A DNA stretch of 64,000 nucleotides, from positions 117,614,001 through 117,678,000 of the forward strand of contig NC_058369.1 in NCBI RefSeq assembly GCF_018350175.1, in the 5' to 3' direction. Both the position numbers and the translations under genes were made by a program. The DNA comes from Felis catus. Its lineage: Eukaryota. The first letter of the stretch is position 1. Each line of letters starts with the position of its first letter. Below the pieces are notes generated by a model. It saw only the letters and a program-made list of their open reading frames with translations, was not told where the DNA came from and did no database searches. This document shows positions 39,287 to 50,280 of the stretch, piece by piece.

Positions 39287-39499
39287 GGGGCACCTGGGTG
39301 GCTCAGTCAGTTAAGTGTCTGACTTTGGCTCAGGTCATGATCTCGTGAGTCCAATCCCTACATCAGGCTCTGCGCTGACAATGCAGAGCCTGCTTGGGAT
39401 TCTCTCTCTCTCCCTCTCTTCTATCTCCTCTCTCTCTGCTCCTCCCCCACTCATTCTTTCTCTCTCCCTCTCAAAATAAATAAATAAACTTTTTAAAAA
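39287..39499 (+). mobile_element. Older carnivore SINE
   Basis: ggggcacctgggtggctcag...gcctgcttgggattctctc; flanks ggaatgtttt / ggcatgtttt. Confidence 0.93.
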
Positions 39500-40163
39500 A
39501 GGGCATGTTTTAAAGACAAAACTCTATGGGTCCTCTCATATGTGGCTTTCCTTATAGGCCATCCTCATTTTCAGATCCCAGGAGAGAATACGTGTTCTGC
39601 TCACACAAGGTCCATAAACTGCTCTGACCACGGACCAGCCATGATTTGTTCATGATGTTAGCAGTGACTCACTGTGGCTAGATTACAGATGTTAAATTGC
39701 TGATNNNNNNNNNNNNNNNNNNNNNNNNNNNNNNNNNNNNNNNNNNNNNNNNNNNNNNNNNNNNNNNNNNNNNNNNNNNNNNNNNNNNNNNNNNNNNNNN
39801 NNNNNNNNNNNNNNNNNNNNNNNNNNNNNNNNNNNNNNNNNNNNNNNNNNNNACGGGAAAAGAATAAAGCTATTAAAAGAATAAACTCTTGTATGTGACA
39901 TGATGACAGTGGGATTTTTCTGACGAGCTAAATGAGTAAGCTCCCTCTCCTTTGATTTATGCCCGTGCAAGGAGCCTCTCAAAGCTTCAAAAGGCAGAGA
40001 GTGCATTTGGAGATGTCGCTGGGTCTCTACTCCCTTTGTTTAAAGAGTAAGAGGCTAAGCCCAAACCCAAAGCAAGCGTTTGACAGGCAAACCTGCAGAG
40101 GTGGGTACCTGCGTGCTCAGCAATTCAGAAGAGGAGTTTCCATGTTGGAAAGGATGGAGACAG

Positions 40164-40413
40164 GGGGCACCTGGGTGGCTCAGTTGGTTGAGCGACCGAC
40201 TTCAGCTCAGGTCATGATCTCAGTTTGTGAGTTCGAGCCTGGCATTGGGCTCTGTGCTGACAGCTCAGAGCCTGGAGCCAGCTTCAGATTCTGTGTCTCC
40301 CTCTCTCTCTCTCTCTCTGCCCCACCCCTGCTCACGCTCTGTCTCTCTTTGTCTCAGAAATAAATAAATATTAAAAAAAATGTTTAATGAAAAAAATGTC
40401 TTTTTAATTTTAA
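40164..40413 (+). mobile_element. Felid CAN-SINE
   Basis: TSD aaaggatggagaca / aaagggaggagaca. Confidence 0.93.
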
Positions 40414-40784
40414 AAAGGGAGGAGACAAAACTTTTGGCTGAAGAGCCTTGCTCTCATTTCAAAAAACCAGAGACATCTCTGCATGGGCCAAAGTGTGGCC
40501 CTGCCTCTGTGATTGGTCTCCCAGACCTGAGGGAAGCACACCTATTCCTTTGCTGTCAGTTTGAATCCTGAGGAGGGGGCTCAAAATGAGGATTGTTCTT
40601 CACCTCCTCCAAAGATGGAACCAGGAAAAAAAAAAAAGCCTACATTAAGAGCCTCGGAAAAGGCTTCACAAATAAAAACTAATTCCCAACAGAGATGTAT
40701 ATTTGACATCAGAAAAGATTGCCCAGGTAATGTCCATCAGAGAAAAAAACATTCTTGAATTATGTATTTGTATTTAAATCAAGA

Positions 40785-41065
40785 GCAATGTGATCGGAGA
40801 AGCAGCATATAACATCAGACAAAACCCAAACTGGGAAAAGCACAACTTCAGAAATAGTCTGCAAAATAACCAGTCAGGACTCTTCAAAGGTTATGAAAGA
40901 TTGAGAAGGTATCGCAAATCAGAGGAGAGTAAGAAGAGACAGTAAGTAGCAAATGCAATGTGAGATTGTACATCGGATCCAGGACCAGATGAAGAACGTT
41001 AGTAGAACCACCAAGAAATTTAGAGATTAATTTATAGAAGCTAACAGTTAATCTGGAGATTAACA
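40785..41065 (+). mobile_element. Old L1 3' UTR fragment (L1MC-like)
   Basis: aacatcagacaaaacccaaactg...gcaaaataaccagtc...aaatgcaatgtgagattg. Confidence 0.6.
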
Positions 41066-41324
41066 TTTGGAGAAAGCAACATTATCAGATGTGTTTGTTG
41101 CTGAGGGGTGTCCCTGCTTTTAGTGGACAGAGCTAGGACACATATATATGTATTTATCTGTACATATTTACTTCAGTGTCTACTTGAAAGTATACATGTG
41201 AAAACAAATGTGCATTTATGTTGATTTCTCTGACTCCAGTCCAACACCGTTGGGTTCATTCTAGCATTACCCCTTTGCTTCTCTATAACCATCCACAGTG
41301 AACACCAACCTCTCATTATCTGCA

Positions 41325-42175
41325 ATTGTTCATTGCTGGAATATAATTGACTCTGTGTGTTGATCTTGTGTCGAACAAACTTGCTAAAGTTACTTTATAG
41401 TTCAAGGAGCATTTTTGTAGGTTCTTTAGGCTTTTCTACATAGACAATCTAAAAATAGTCTAATAGACTATTTTTAGTCTAATAGACTAAAGACTAATAG
41501 TCTTTAGACTAAAAGATAGTCTAAAAATAGAGACAGATTTATTTTTCTAGGATGTACACCTTCTTTACTTTGTTTCTTGATTACGTGAAATAAGATCAGA
41601 CTATTTTTAGTCTAATAGACTAAAGACTAATAGTCTTTAGACTAAAAGATAGTCTAAAAATAGAGACAGATTTATTTTTCTAGGATGTACACCTTCTTTA
41701 CTTTGTTTCTTGATTACGTGAAATAAGATCAGTAAAAGGGCAGAACGTTGCCTGTTCCCAATCTTTGGTTGAAAGTTTCGAGTCTCTTACCACCAAGTCT
41801 GATAACCATAGATTAATATTATTTTATTAGTTGTAGATTTTTCACAAATGCCCTTTATCAGGTTGAAGAATTCTTAATTTGTTGCGAGTTTTTATCTCAG
41901 GTGATCGTTGAATTTGTCAAATGCTTGCTCTCTATCGAAATGACCAAATAGCTTCTCTTCATCAGTCTGTTACTAGGGTAAACTATATTAGTTGATTTTG
42001 AATGTTGATTTTGAATGTTCAACCAGCCTTGCATTCCTGGAATGAAACTCACTTGGTCCTAATGTATTGTCCTTTTTATATTTTATTGCATGCAATTTGC
42101 TATTATTTTGCTGAGGATTTTTGTATCTATATCCATGAGAGATGGAAGACTATGGTTTCCTTTTCTTGTAATGTC
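41325..42175 (-). mobile_element. Old L1 ORF2 (RT region) fragment
   Basis: caaatgccctttatcaggttgaagaa; ccagccttgcattcctggaatgaaactcacttggtc (reverse of [11 protein letters not shown]-like motif). Confidence 0.85.
41465..41730. repeat. Perfect 133-bp tandem duplication
   Basis: 41465-41597 equals 41598-41730, with AG microhomology at the junction. Confidence 0.93.
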
Positions 42176-43365
42176 TCAGGTCTGTTTACCAATAAAGGTA
42201 GGATATAAAGATAGAGAAGCAGATAATGGAGAAATTGAATGTATGTCTCTATCTATACAAAACTGGTGTGCAAACCAAATTCTGTCCTTTCTTGGAGAAG
42301 AACAGGCTTGGGGAAAGCTGACATTGACAAGTCTATAGACTTCTTCTCCCTGTTCTACAATTAGAACAAATTTGGCCAAGATCCTGTTGGATCAGCGACT
42401 GCATAATGTTGACAGTAACATCAACTGCACTCTCCAGAGACTTACTAATTAAATTTCAAAGTTTAATCAAAAGAAAACTCACACGTTCCCTATTAATATG
42501 CTGACTTGTTTGGAAGTTGGATAAATTTTAGCTATACTTTCAGAATAAGTTTGGGATGAGTACAATAGATACACAATGAAATTGAGGACTAGGATCCTAG
42601 AAAAGTCAGAAAATATGGCCTGAATATAGCATGTGTTAATAAATATTTGTTGGATGAATAGGTATCTGTAAAGCTTGTTATATGCTTGGAATGTTTTTCA
42701 AGTCTCCTATTACTCAAATTTTCAACATTGTTCTGCTTAGAAAAACAAAATGTCAGTTTATCTTAAATAGTTTCATTTTCTTTGCCTTTCTACCCATTTG
42801 TGTCCTAGAGGAAAACGCAACCCAAGAGTTCCTGGTTCAGCATACTTACCCAACATGTTTGTCCTCTGTCCAAAGTGATACTTTAGTCACATTTGTCTCA
42901 AGAGACAGCTTAGTGCCATTGGCCAAGAGCTAATGAGGTTACAGCCTGTATTGCTCAGCTTCAAATTTAGAACAAGGGGGTTTACAGTCCATGGGTGTGG
43001 TTCTTTCCCAAGACCATCTAGCCACGACAATTTGGTCGGGGAACCTTAGGCCATGGGTCTAAAATATCTGCATATGAATAACAGCCAGGGTTCTTATTTC
43101 CTTTGTGCCAGACGCCATGCTATACCCTCTGCCTATATTACCTCATTTCATCCGCACAACCAGCCGATGTGATTGCAATCAGCAGCCATCACTTTCCCTT
43201 CTTTCAATGAGAAAGCCGCATCTCAGGTCAGTAGGTGGTGGGCACCTGAAATAACATTTCCCCAAATGATGCCTCAAATCTAGCCTCAAGGGAGTTTTTA
43301 CCATCATGAGCAGCCATGAGCCCAAATCATAACTGCAATTTTGCTGGTGGTCCAAAGGGAAATAC

Positions 43366-43367
<2 letters not shown>

Positions 43368-43396
<29 letters not shown>
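43368..43396. repeat. (TG)n microsatellite
   Basis: Directly visible. Confidence 0.9.
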
Positions 43397-43397
<1 letters not shown>

Positions 43398-43859
43398 CAG
43401 TTGTACCCAGAAAAGGCTTACAAGAGCCTCTCATACCTTTTTAGAATTGTTTGTTGGAACCTCTAATCAAATTAGACATGGAAAAGTCTTTTCCAAGAGT
43501 TTTCGCCTGTAAAATTTATGAGCTCAAATGCTTTAATTTGTTCATGATTTGTCTCAAGTACCTAAAATAGTGCTTAACAGAGCAGGCACACAATAAGTAT
43601 TTATCGGGGAAATAAGGGTTTTGTGGTACAATAATCCATTTAACTCACAAGTACCACGAGTGATATTGCAATAAATAGCTTCTCCCCTATGTATATGTCT
43701 TCTGTCAACCCTAAGGTCATAGTCGAAAGAGGGAAATGTTTCCCCAAACTTTGACAGAAGAAGAAGACACCTGACAATGAGTTTGCGGGATAATGTCCAG
43801 GATATAGTAGATGCTTAATAAAAACATGTTGAAGCAATTATTGAAAAGGAAGAGCAACA

Positions 43860-44065
43860 CTGACTCAAGCACACTCTTTGTCAGACATTCTTCCTGCTCT
43901 ACCTCATAATGTCCGTGGCAGCTACTCTAACATTTCCCATTTTACAAAGGAAAAAAAGTAAAGTTTGGAGAGGTTAAGTAACACGGCTGAAATCATACAG
44001 TTGCAGGTGGCAGAGCTGAGATGGAACCCCGGCAGGCTGGTCTCAGAAGCCCCAGCCTGAACCAT
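43860..44065 (-). mobile_element. MIR remnant
   Basis: cccattttacaaagg...gagaggttaagtaac...ggtggcagagctgagatggaaccc. Confidence 0.7.
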
Positions 44066-44129
44066 CCCTTAACACCTGTGAACTTGCCAACCCATTCCTT
44101 CTGCAAGGACTTGGCTCTTCCCTCCCCCT

Positions 44130-44440
44130 GGATCTCTGTGTAGCTGCCTCCTTATTGTCTGAGCCTCTGCCCAGTATCACTTCCTCAGGAAGACCTTCCC
44201 TGACCATTTCCCACCAGCCATTCCCTCTCCCAGGATCCCATTAGATTGTCCTCAGGGCATGAACCACCCCCTGGTAATCTCCTGTTTATGATTCTGTGAC
44301 TGCCAAGTGCCTCAACCAGAGCTTGAGTTTCATGAGAGCAGGGGCCTCTTTCTGTCCTGTTGGCCACAGTGACCCACAGGCTAGAGCTGAGCCTGGCACA
44401 TGAAAGCACTCCCTAAATACTTACTGAATTCCCGAATGAC
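44130..44440 (+). mobile_element. LINE-2 3' end
   Basis: tcacttcctcaggaagaccttccctgacc...catgagagcagggg...cctggcacat...taaatacttactgaat. Confidence 0.75.
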
Positions 44441-47384
44441 TGCTGCAGGCCAGTGTTAAAGAAGATGGCACCTGCTAGGCCAGTCCTTAGAAAAGCGCCT
44501 GGTGCCCGACTGGCGTGTGTGTCTCCAGACTTATTAAGTTCAATCCCAGTATTGGTGCCTCTTTGCCAGTTCAGGAAAGAAAATTGATTTCCACGTGGGC
44601 CAGTTGGGCACATTTTTCCATGCAAAGAGGAAGGCTCAGTGACTTCATGTTTGTAGTGGGCTTTATAACATCTCCAACAAAGATTCTTTGCTGAATAAAA
44701 ATAATTTCCATCCCTTTTAGATTGGAGCCATACACACTCAACTTCTACAAGACCAAAATGTCAGTTGTTTCTGGTTTAAAGAATGTGTCTCAACAGACAG
44801 CCCTAAGCTTTATATATCACACAGGATAAAATCCAAAGAAAAAAATTTATTACAGAAAACTCTCTCTGGCCTGGATCCAGCATTTGATGGAGAATATTAA
44901 CAATATTGCTTGGACTTAAGTCTCTCAGTTTCCCCCGACACATGTCTGAATGAGCTTGATGTATGTGACATGCATCTTGTTTTCGACCCTTGTAAGTGAG
45001 CTTATTGTCAGCATAATTGTTTTACAGATCTCCAGCCAGACTCAGACCTCACACGATGCTGCCATGTTTGTTTCTTCAGAAAGTTTGGCGGTTCAGATGA
45101 CATCACCCTCCTCTCCACCCTCCCCAGCTTTGCGTTTGCTGGACCAGTCCCTTGTAACTGCTCTGATTCCATTCACTTTCAGGTGCTATTCTCCCTGTCT
45201 AGAACCCTTCTCCTTCTGCCTGTGTCTTTCTCTGAATTCTTTTTAAAGACTTGGATCCATTGTCCCACCTCTCTTCGCTTGACATCATCTGTCAGATTTA
45301 CTCATTTACTCATACTTTCCAGGTTAAGCCGGTGCCCCTCCTCTAAATTCTAAAAGAAACTTATGGAGACCTTTGGTCTGGTTATTTACTATTATCCACC
45401 GGCCAATGAGCTCCTGGCACATACACTTTATTCATGTTGTATCCCCAGCACATCGCTGTGTCCTGTACACGATAGCACCTAATAACAGCTGCAACTGTGT
45501 TTATACTGAATTTACGCTGGTTCACGCATCCCCCTTCCATTTTGTGTGAAGTTGCCTCAGAGGGGAAAAATCATTTTCCTCCACTCATTCCTTAAAAAGC
45601 TGATTTCACTCATAAAATGAGAAGGCCAGATTTTCAGTTCCTGGTGTTACTCTCCCAAACCTGTCTCAAGATCTGCAGTCACCCAAACCGATGGTGAGTG
45701 GAGATAGTGGTCCTAGGAGCAAAGAACTCATTGGCATCAAGAACATGAAGGCATTCCTCAGACAGAACCAACACGGCACATGGACCAAAACAGAACCAGG
45801 CGAGGCAAGGATCAAGGAAGGCCCAGCTTTCTCACCCCCGCCCAGCCTTCTTCTGATCAAGACCTTATACCTCCATGTACAAGTGTTCCCTTTAAAACAT
45901 CATAACCATTTCTAAGATATAAAGGAAATAACAGTCGTGCTCTTGGTATGGTGTAACTACACAGTAACAAAACCAGTTTTCATTTAGAGCTTGCAGAATA
46001 AAGTGCGCACATGGCCCCGAGCCAAATGCAGTCTATTATCTTGTGATATCATAGCCACAGGGAAAATTGATGTGCCTTCTCCTAGAAGTACTGCTACTCT
46101 TATAAGAAATAGTTCAAGAACTTGTCAATCTCTGGGCCCGTCTAGAGATTCTACAGTAAAGTTAACTTGGCCAGAGTTTCCATCTGGACAGTGGCTAAGT
46201 TCTGTGTGGTCGAGAACAACTGTGACCCTGCACATCTGTTGTATGCATCATCACTTCCTAAACTCTCTAGACTACAGGGCTAGTCTGAAGGGCCAGGCAT
46301 CTCCTACAACCTTCAAGGAATCCCCAGGGTGGGTTTTCTGTCCCAGACCTTCATTCTTCACTACAATATCTATGCATATGGTATAGGCTAGAGGCAGTGT
46401 GCAACTTAGAACCCACAAATGGCTGCCCTAATCTAGTTTACCTGTTGATCCTCAGATCCTTCAACAGGGCTCAGTTGGTGAAGCATCTACAACCACCTGC
46501 CCCCAGTGCAGATTTCTGCTTCCAACTAGACAGCACCCTGGGCAACAGGACTTTCTTTCTGGGAATCTCAAAATGGACAGTGAGGTGGGATTAAAGAATT
46601 AAAGAAAAAGTGACGTCCTCCCTTGCCCCATGTTTTGATACTTAACTGGGCCAGTATATTTTATTATAGTTAGTCTCAATGATGTGACCTCCCCATTAGG
46701 TGACATCAAGTCCCAAAATACAAATAATGTTCCAAAGCTATTGGCAGAGTTTCCTTAACTTGAAAAAAAATATGGCACCAATCGTTCAAGAAAAAAATTT
46801 AGTGGGAAACCACTTCTGTCACTCAAAAAGTAGAATATCGACTATAAGAAAGGAGAATGCCAAAAATAAAACTTGTGGGAAGTCTACTTAGCAGATCAGG
46901 GTAGAGATTGAAAAGCTAAGGACTTGTAAGTTAGGTCCACTTTGGAGCCGACAGATCAGAGCAGGCAGGTGGAGTAGGAAACCCCCTCCTCTTTTAAGTC
47001 TTACCAAGTGTTTCTCTACATGGGGCCTACTGCACTGGATTTTTAAAATTCTTAGTGTTAAAATAAGTAACATCTTACAGTCAAAACATTATGGCAATCA
47101 ACATAATTTAACTATACAAGCTACTACAGGTCTATGGTCTTAAGGATCAACTAATGGGTAGCAGACAATAGGAGTGATTGTCTCCATGCTCTGGGCCACA
47201 CATATGCTGATATATCTATCACTGGGTTATTTGAGGAATAAATAAAATAATGAAGAGAAACTGTAAAGCTGGAAAGCATTCTTCCAATATAAAAGATTTG
47301 ACTAGCAGTAGTCCTCAAGTTGTTATAACTGGTTACATGGGACATACTGTTATATCAAATGTGATGTAAAGGATTTACGTTGGT

Positions 47385-48620
47385 TAGTCACTCAACAAAT
47401 CTTGTCTTCTTTCACCCTGAGCTAAGTACTGTTCTAAGTGCTGGAGATGCAGTGGTGAGCAAGATGTAGGGAATCCCGGCTCTCATGGAGCCTCTGTTCC
47501 AGGGTCAGGGATGGGAAAGACAAACACAAACAAGTCCATAAATGGATACCATGGTATTGCCTAGTGGCACATGTTAGAGCAAAGACAAGATAGAATGATA
47601 CAATAAAGAATGAGTAGATGGAGAGTGACAAGCAAGGACAACTAGGATTAGAGTACCTGGCCAGAGAAAACTTCACTGAGGAGGTGACATTGTAAAGGAG
47701 ACTTGCATGATGAAGAGCCAGTCATGAAAAGATTTAGTCATGAGACAGCTTTGTAGGCAGAGGGAATAGTGAGTGCAAAGGCAGAAGCATGTTATAGAAA
47801 CAAAAAGAAAGTCAGTAGGCTGGAGAATAGTGACCAAAGGAGAGACTGTAGAGTCAGGTAGGGGCCAGATCACGCAGGACCCTGTAGCGTGTTTGGTGGG
47901 TCCTTCCTCCCTCCCTCCTTCCTCCTTCCCTTCTTTCCTTTCTTTCTCAGTTGTCTACCCAGTGGCTGAACCCCTTTGTTATTTTTTAAGAACTTTTGGA
48001 ATTTCTCAGCTTCTGAGTCTTAACAGGAGGCATACCAATCTTGTTATAAAACTTAAAAACACGAAGGACTTTCTCTTCCAGCCTCCCTTGCAGGTGGGTA
48101 CTGGTGCATGGTCTAATTCAGCCAATCAGATGCACAAGCCCCAGTCTTTAAACCAGAAGGTCGTGATACAAAAAAGCGTGAATCCTGGCGAATCCACCTG
48201 GAGTTCAGGTGATGTAGCATCACATCAGAATAGGTTTCCAGGGGCAACCAGGGCCACAGTTGCAGAGCAGAGCTCAGCATCTCACGGGAGTAGGAGTGGT
48301 CGTCACACAGTGGCCTGGAATGTTCAACCGTGGCAAGAGCAGTGTGCTCACTAAATGCCTGGTGGTGAGATATTGACTATGGTCCTGGCTCTACCTGTAC
48401 TTCCTTGCTCTGACTGCTTTCTGAACCTCTTTGGCAGCCTCCCTAGGGGTTCTATGCTTCCCACTCCCATCACTTTCTAATAACTTTCTTCGCTGCTAGA
48501 ACCAACCACAGTTCACTTCCCTTTCTTGCACCTAAGAACTCTGACTGACACAACATGGTCAGAACTTTGAATTTTATTCTAAGGTCAGTAGGAAGCTGCT
48601 GGAGGGTTTTAAGAAGAAAG
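47385..48620 (-). mobile_element. LINE-2 3' fragment split by an ERVL LTR
   Basis: cactcaacaaat...ggggccagatcacgcaggaccctgtag, resumes catggtcagaactttgaattttattctaag. Confidence 0.8.
47888..48552 (+). mobile_element. ERVL-class solo LTR (LTR33/LTR16-like)
   Basis: ccagcctcccttgcagg...gccaatcagatgcac; ends cttgcacctaagaactctgactgacaca. Confidence 0.7.
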
Positions 48621-48929
48621 TGCAGATGAAATGAGAATGTCTGGGAAGAATTCCTGTTTAATCTTAGGACTACACTGTAATTCTCCTAAACAATTGGTTT
48701 GTTTGAGGCTGTTGGACATCCTCATTTGGGTAATTGACTTTTTTTCTTTTTTATGTGTTCTCTGTTAGAAAATGTAGAGTTCAGGTCAGGGCCAGTCCAT
48801 GATGGAAGTAGATAACTCTGGTATATATTTTGAACCTTTGTTCTTGGCTCCACATTGCCTCACTCTTGCTTTTCTGTTAAAGGTTGTACTATATGTCCTA
48901 CCTGGCTTCAAATTCTTTCTGGAAAAAGC

Positions 48930-48958
48930 TTGTGTGTGTGTGTGTGTGTGTGCACACA

Positions 48959-48997
<39 letters not shown>
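48930..48997. repeat. Interrupted (TG)n microsatellite
   Basis: Directly visible. Confidence 0.9.
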
Positions 48998-48998
<1 letters not shown>

Positions 48999-49270
48999 TG
49001 GCTACCTGACACAGTAGCCGCCAGCCACATCTTGCGATTTTAATTTTAATTCATTAAAATTAAATTAGACTACCCTATGATCCAGCAATCCTGCTCCATA
49101 TTATTTGAAAATGTATGTCCACACAGAAGCCTGCACATGGATGTTTATAGCAGCTTTATTTATAATGGCTAAAATGTGGGAGCAACAAAGATGGCCTTCA
49201 GTAGGTACATGGATAAACTGTAGTACATCCAGACAATGGAATATTATTCAGTGCCAAAAAGAAATGAACT

Positions 49271-49498
49271 GGGGCGCCTGGGTGGCGCAGTCGGTTAAGC
49301 GTCCGACTTCAGCCAGGTCACGATCTCGCGGTCCGGGAGTTCGAGCCCCGCGTCGGGCTCTGGGCTGATGGCTCAGAGCCTGGAGCCTGTTTCCGATTCT
49401 GTGTCTCCCTCTCTCTCTGCCCCTCCCCCGTTCATGCTCTGTCTCTCTCTGTCCCAAAAATAAATAAACGTTGAAAAAAAAATTAAAAATAAAAATAA
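49271..49498 (+). mobile_element. Young felid SINE
   Basis: Perfect 15-bp TSD AAAAAGAAATGAACT at 49256 and 49499. Confidence 0.95.
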
Positions 49499-49813
49499 AA
49501 AAAGAAATGAACTATCAGGCCATAGAAGAAACTGAAACTGATATTATGAAATGAAAGAAGCCAATCTGAAAATGCTACGTATTGTGTGATTCCAAATACG
49601 TGATATTCTAGAAAAGGCAAAACTATGGAGACAGTATAGAGATCAGTGGCTACCACAAGTTAGGGATGGGGGGTAGGACACAAGATGAATAGACAGAGCA
49701 CAGAAGATTTTTAAGGCAGTGAAAATACTCTGGATGATACTATACTGATGGATACATTTGTCATTAAATATTTGTCCAAACCCATAGAATGTGCAACACC
49801 AAGAGTGAACCCC

Positions 49814-49911
49814 GGGGCACCTGACTGGCTTAGCCAGTACAGCATGTGACTCTTGATCGCCGGGTCGTAAGTTCAAGCCCCACATTGGGCATGGAGGCTA
49901 CTTTTAAAAAA
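49814..49911 (+). mobile_element. Short old carnivore SINE consisting mostly of the tRNA-derived head
   Basis: ggggcacctgactggcttag...gactcttgatc...gttcaagccccac, no CT body; TSD aagagtgaaccc / aagagtgaatcc. Confidence 0.8.
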
Positions 49912-50134
49912 AAGAGTGAATCCTAATATAAACTATGGACTTTTTGTGATAATGATGCGTCAATCATTATTAGGTTCATCAATCATGAGAAATATTCTCT
50001 GATGGAGGATGTTGATAAAGGAAGGAGGCTATGCATGAGTCAGGGCAGGGGGGGTGTATGAGAAATCTCTGTAACTTCCTCTCAATTTTTATGTGAAATA
50101 AAACTGCTCTAAAAAGAAGTAAATTCTTAAAAAT

Positions 50135-50280
50135 TTAATTTAATGAAAAAATCCAGTTCCTCAGTCATACTAGCCACACTCCATGGGCTCAGTAACCATG
50201 TGTAGCTACCTATTCTAATAGGTATAGAACAGATATTAAATACTTCCATCATCATAGAAATTTCCATTGGATAGTGCTGC
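50135..50280. mobile_element. MER3/MER33-like hAT fragment
   Basis: cagttcctcagtcatactagccaca...ttccatcatcatagaaatttccattggatagtgctg. Confidence 0.7.

Larger units (their letters stand above)
49068..50130 (+). mobile_element. Old L1 3' fragment (L1MC-like) carrying two SINE insertions
   Basis: tatgatccagcaatcc, gtttatagcagctttatt, gaaagaagccaatctgaaaa, gaaatctctgtaacttcctctcaatttt. Confidence 0.85.

Noticed and set aside
41449-41730. CRISPR-like array or miRNA hairpin
   Set aside because: No repeat-spacer periodicity; arms are too short for a pre-miRNA; embedded in L1 in a mammalian genome.
47773-48354. 193-aa ORF
   Set aside because: Runs across an L2/ERVL-LTR junction and a CT-rich tract; not a protein I recognise.
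49814-49890. tRNA gene
   Set aside because: Diverged tRNA-like SINE head with A tail and TSD, i.e. a retroposed copy.
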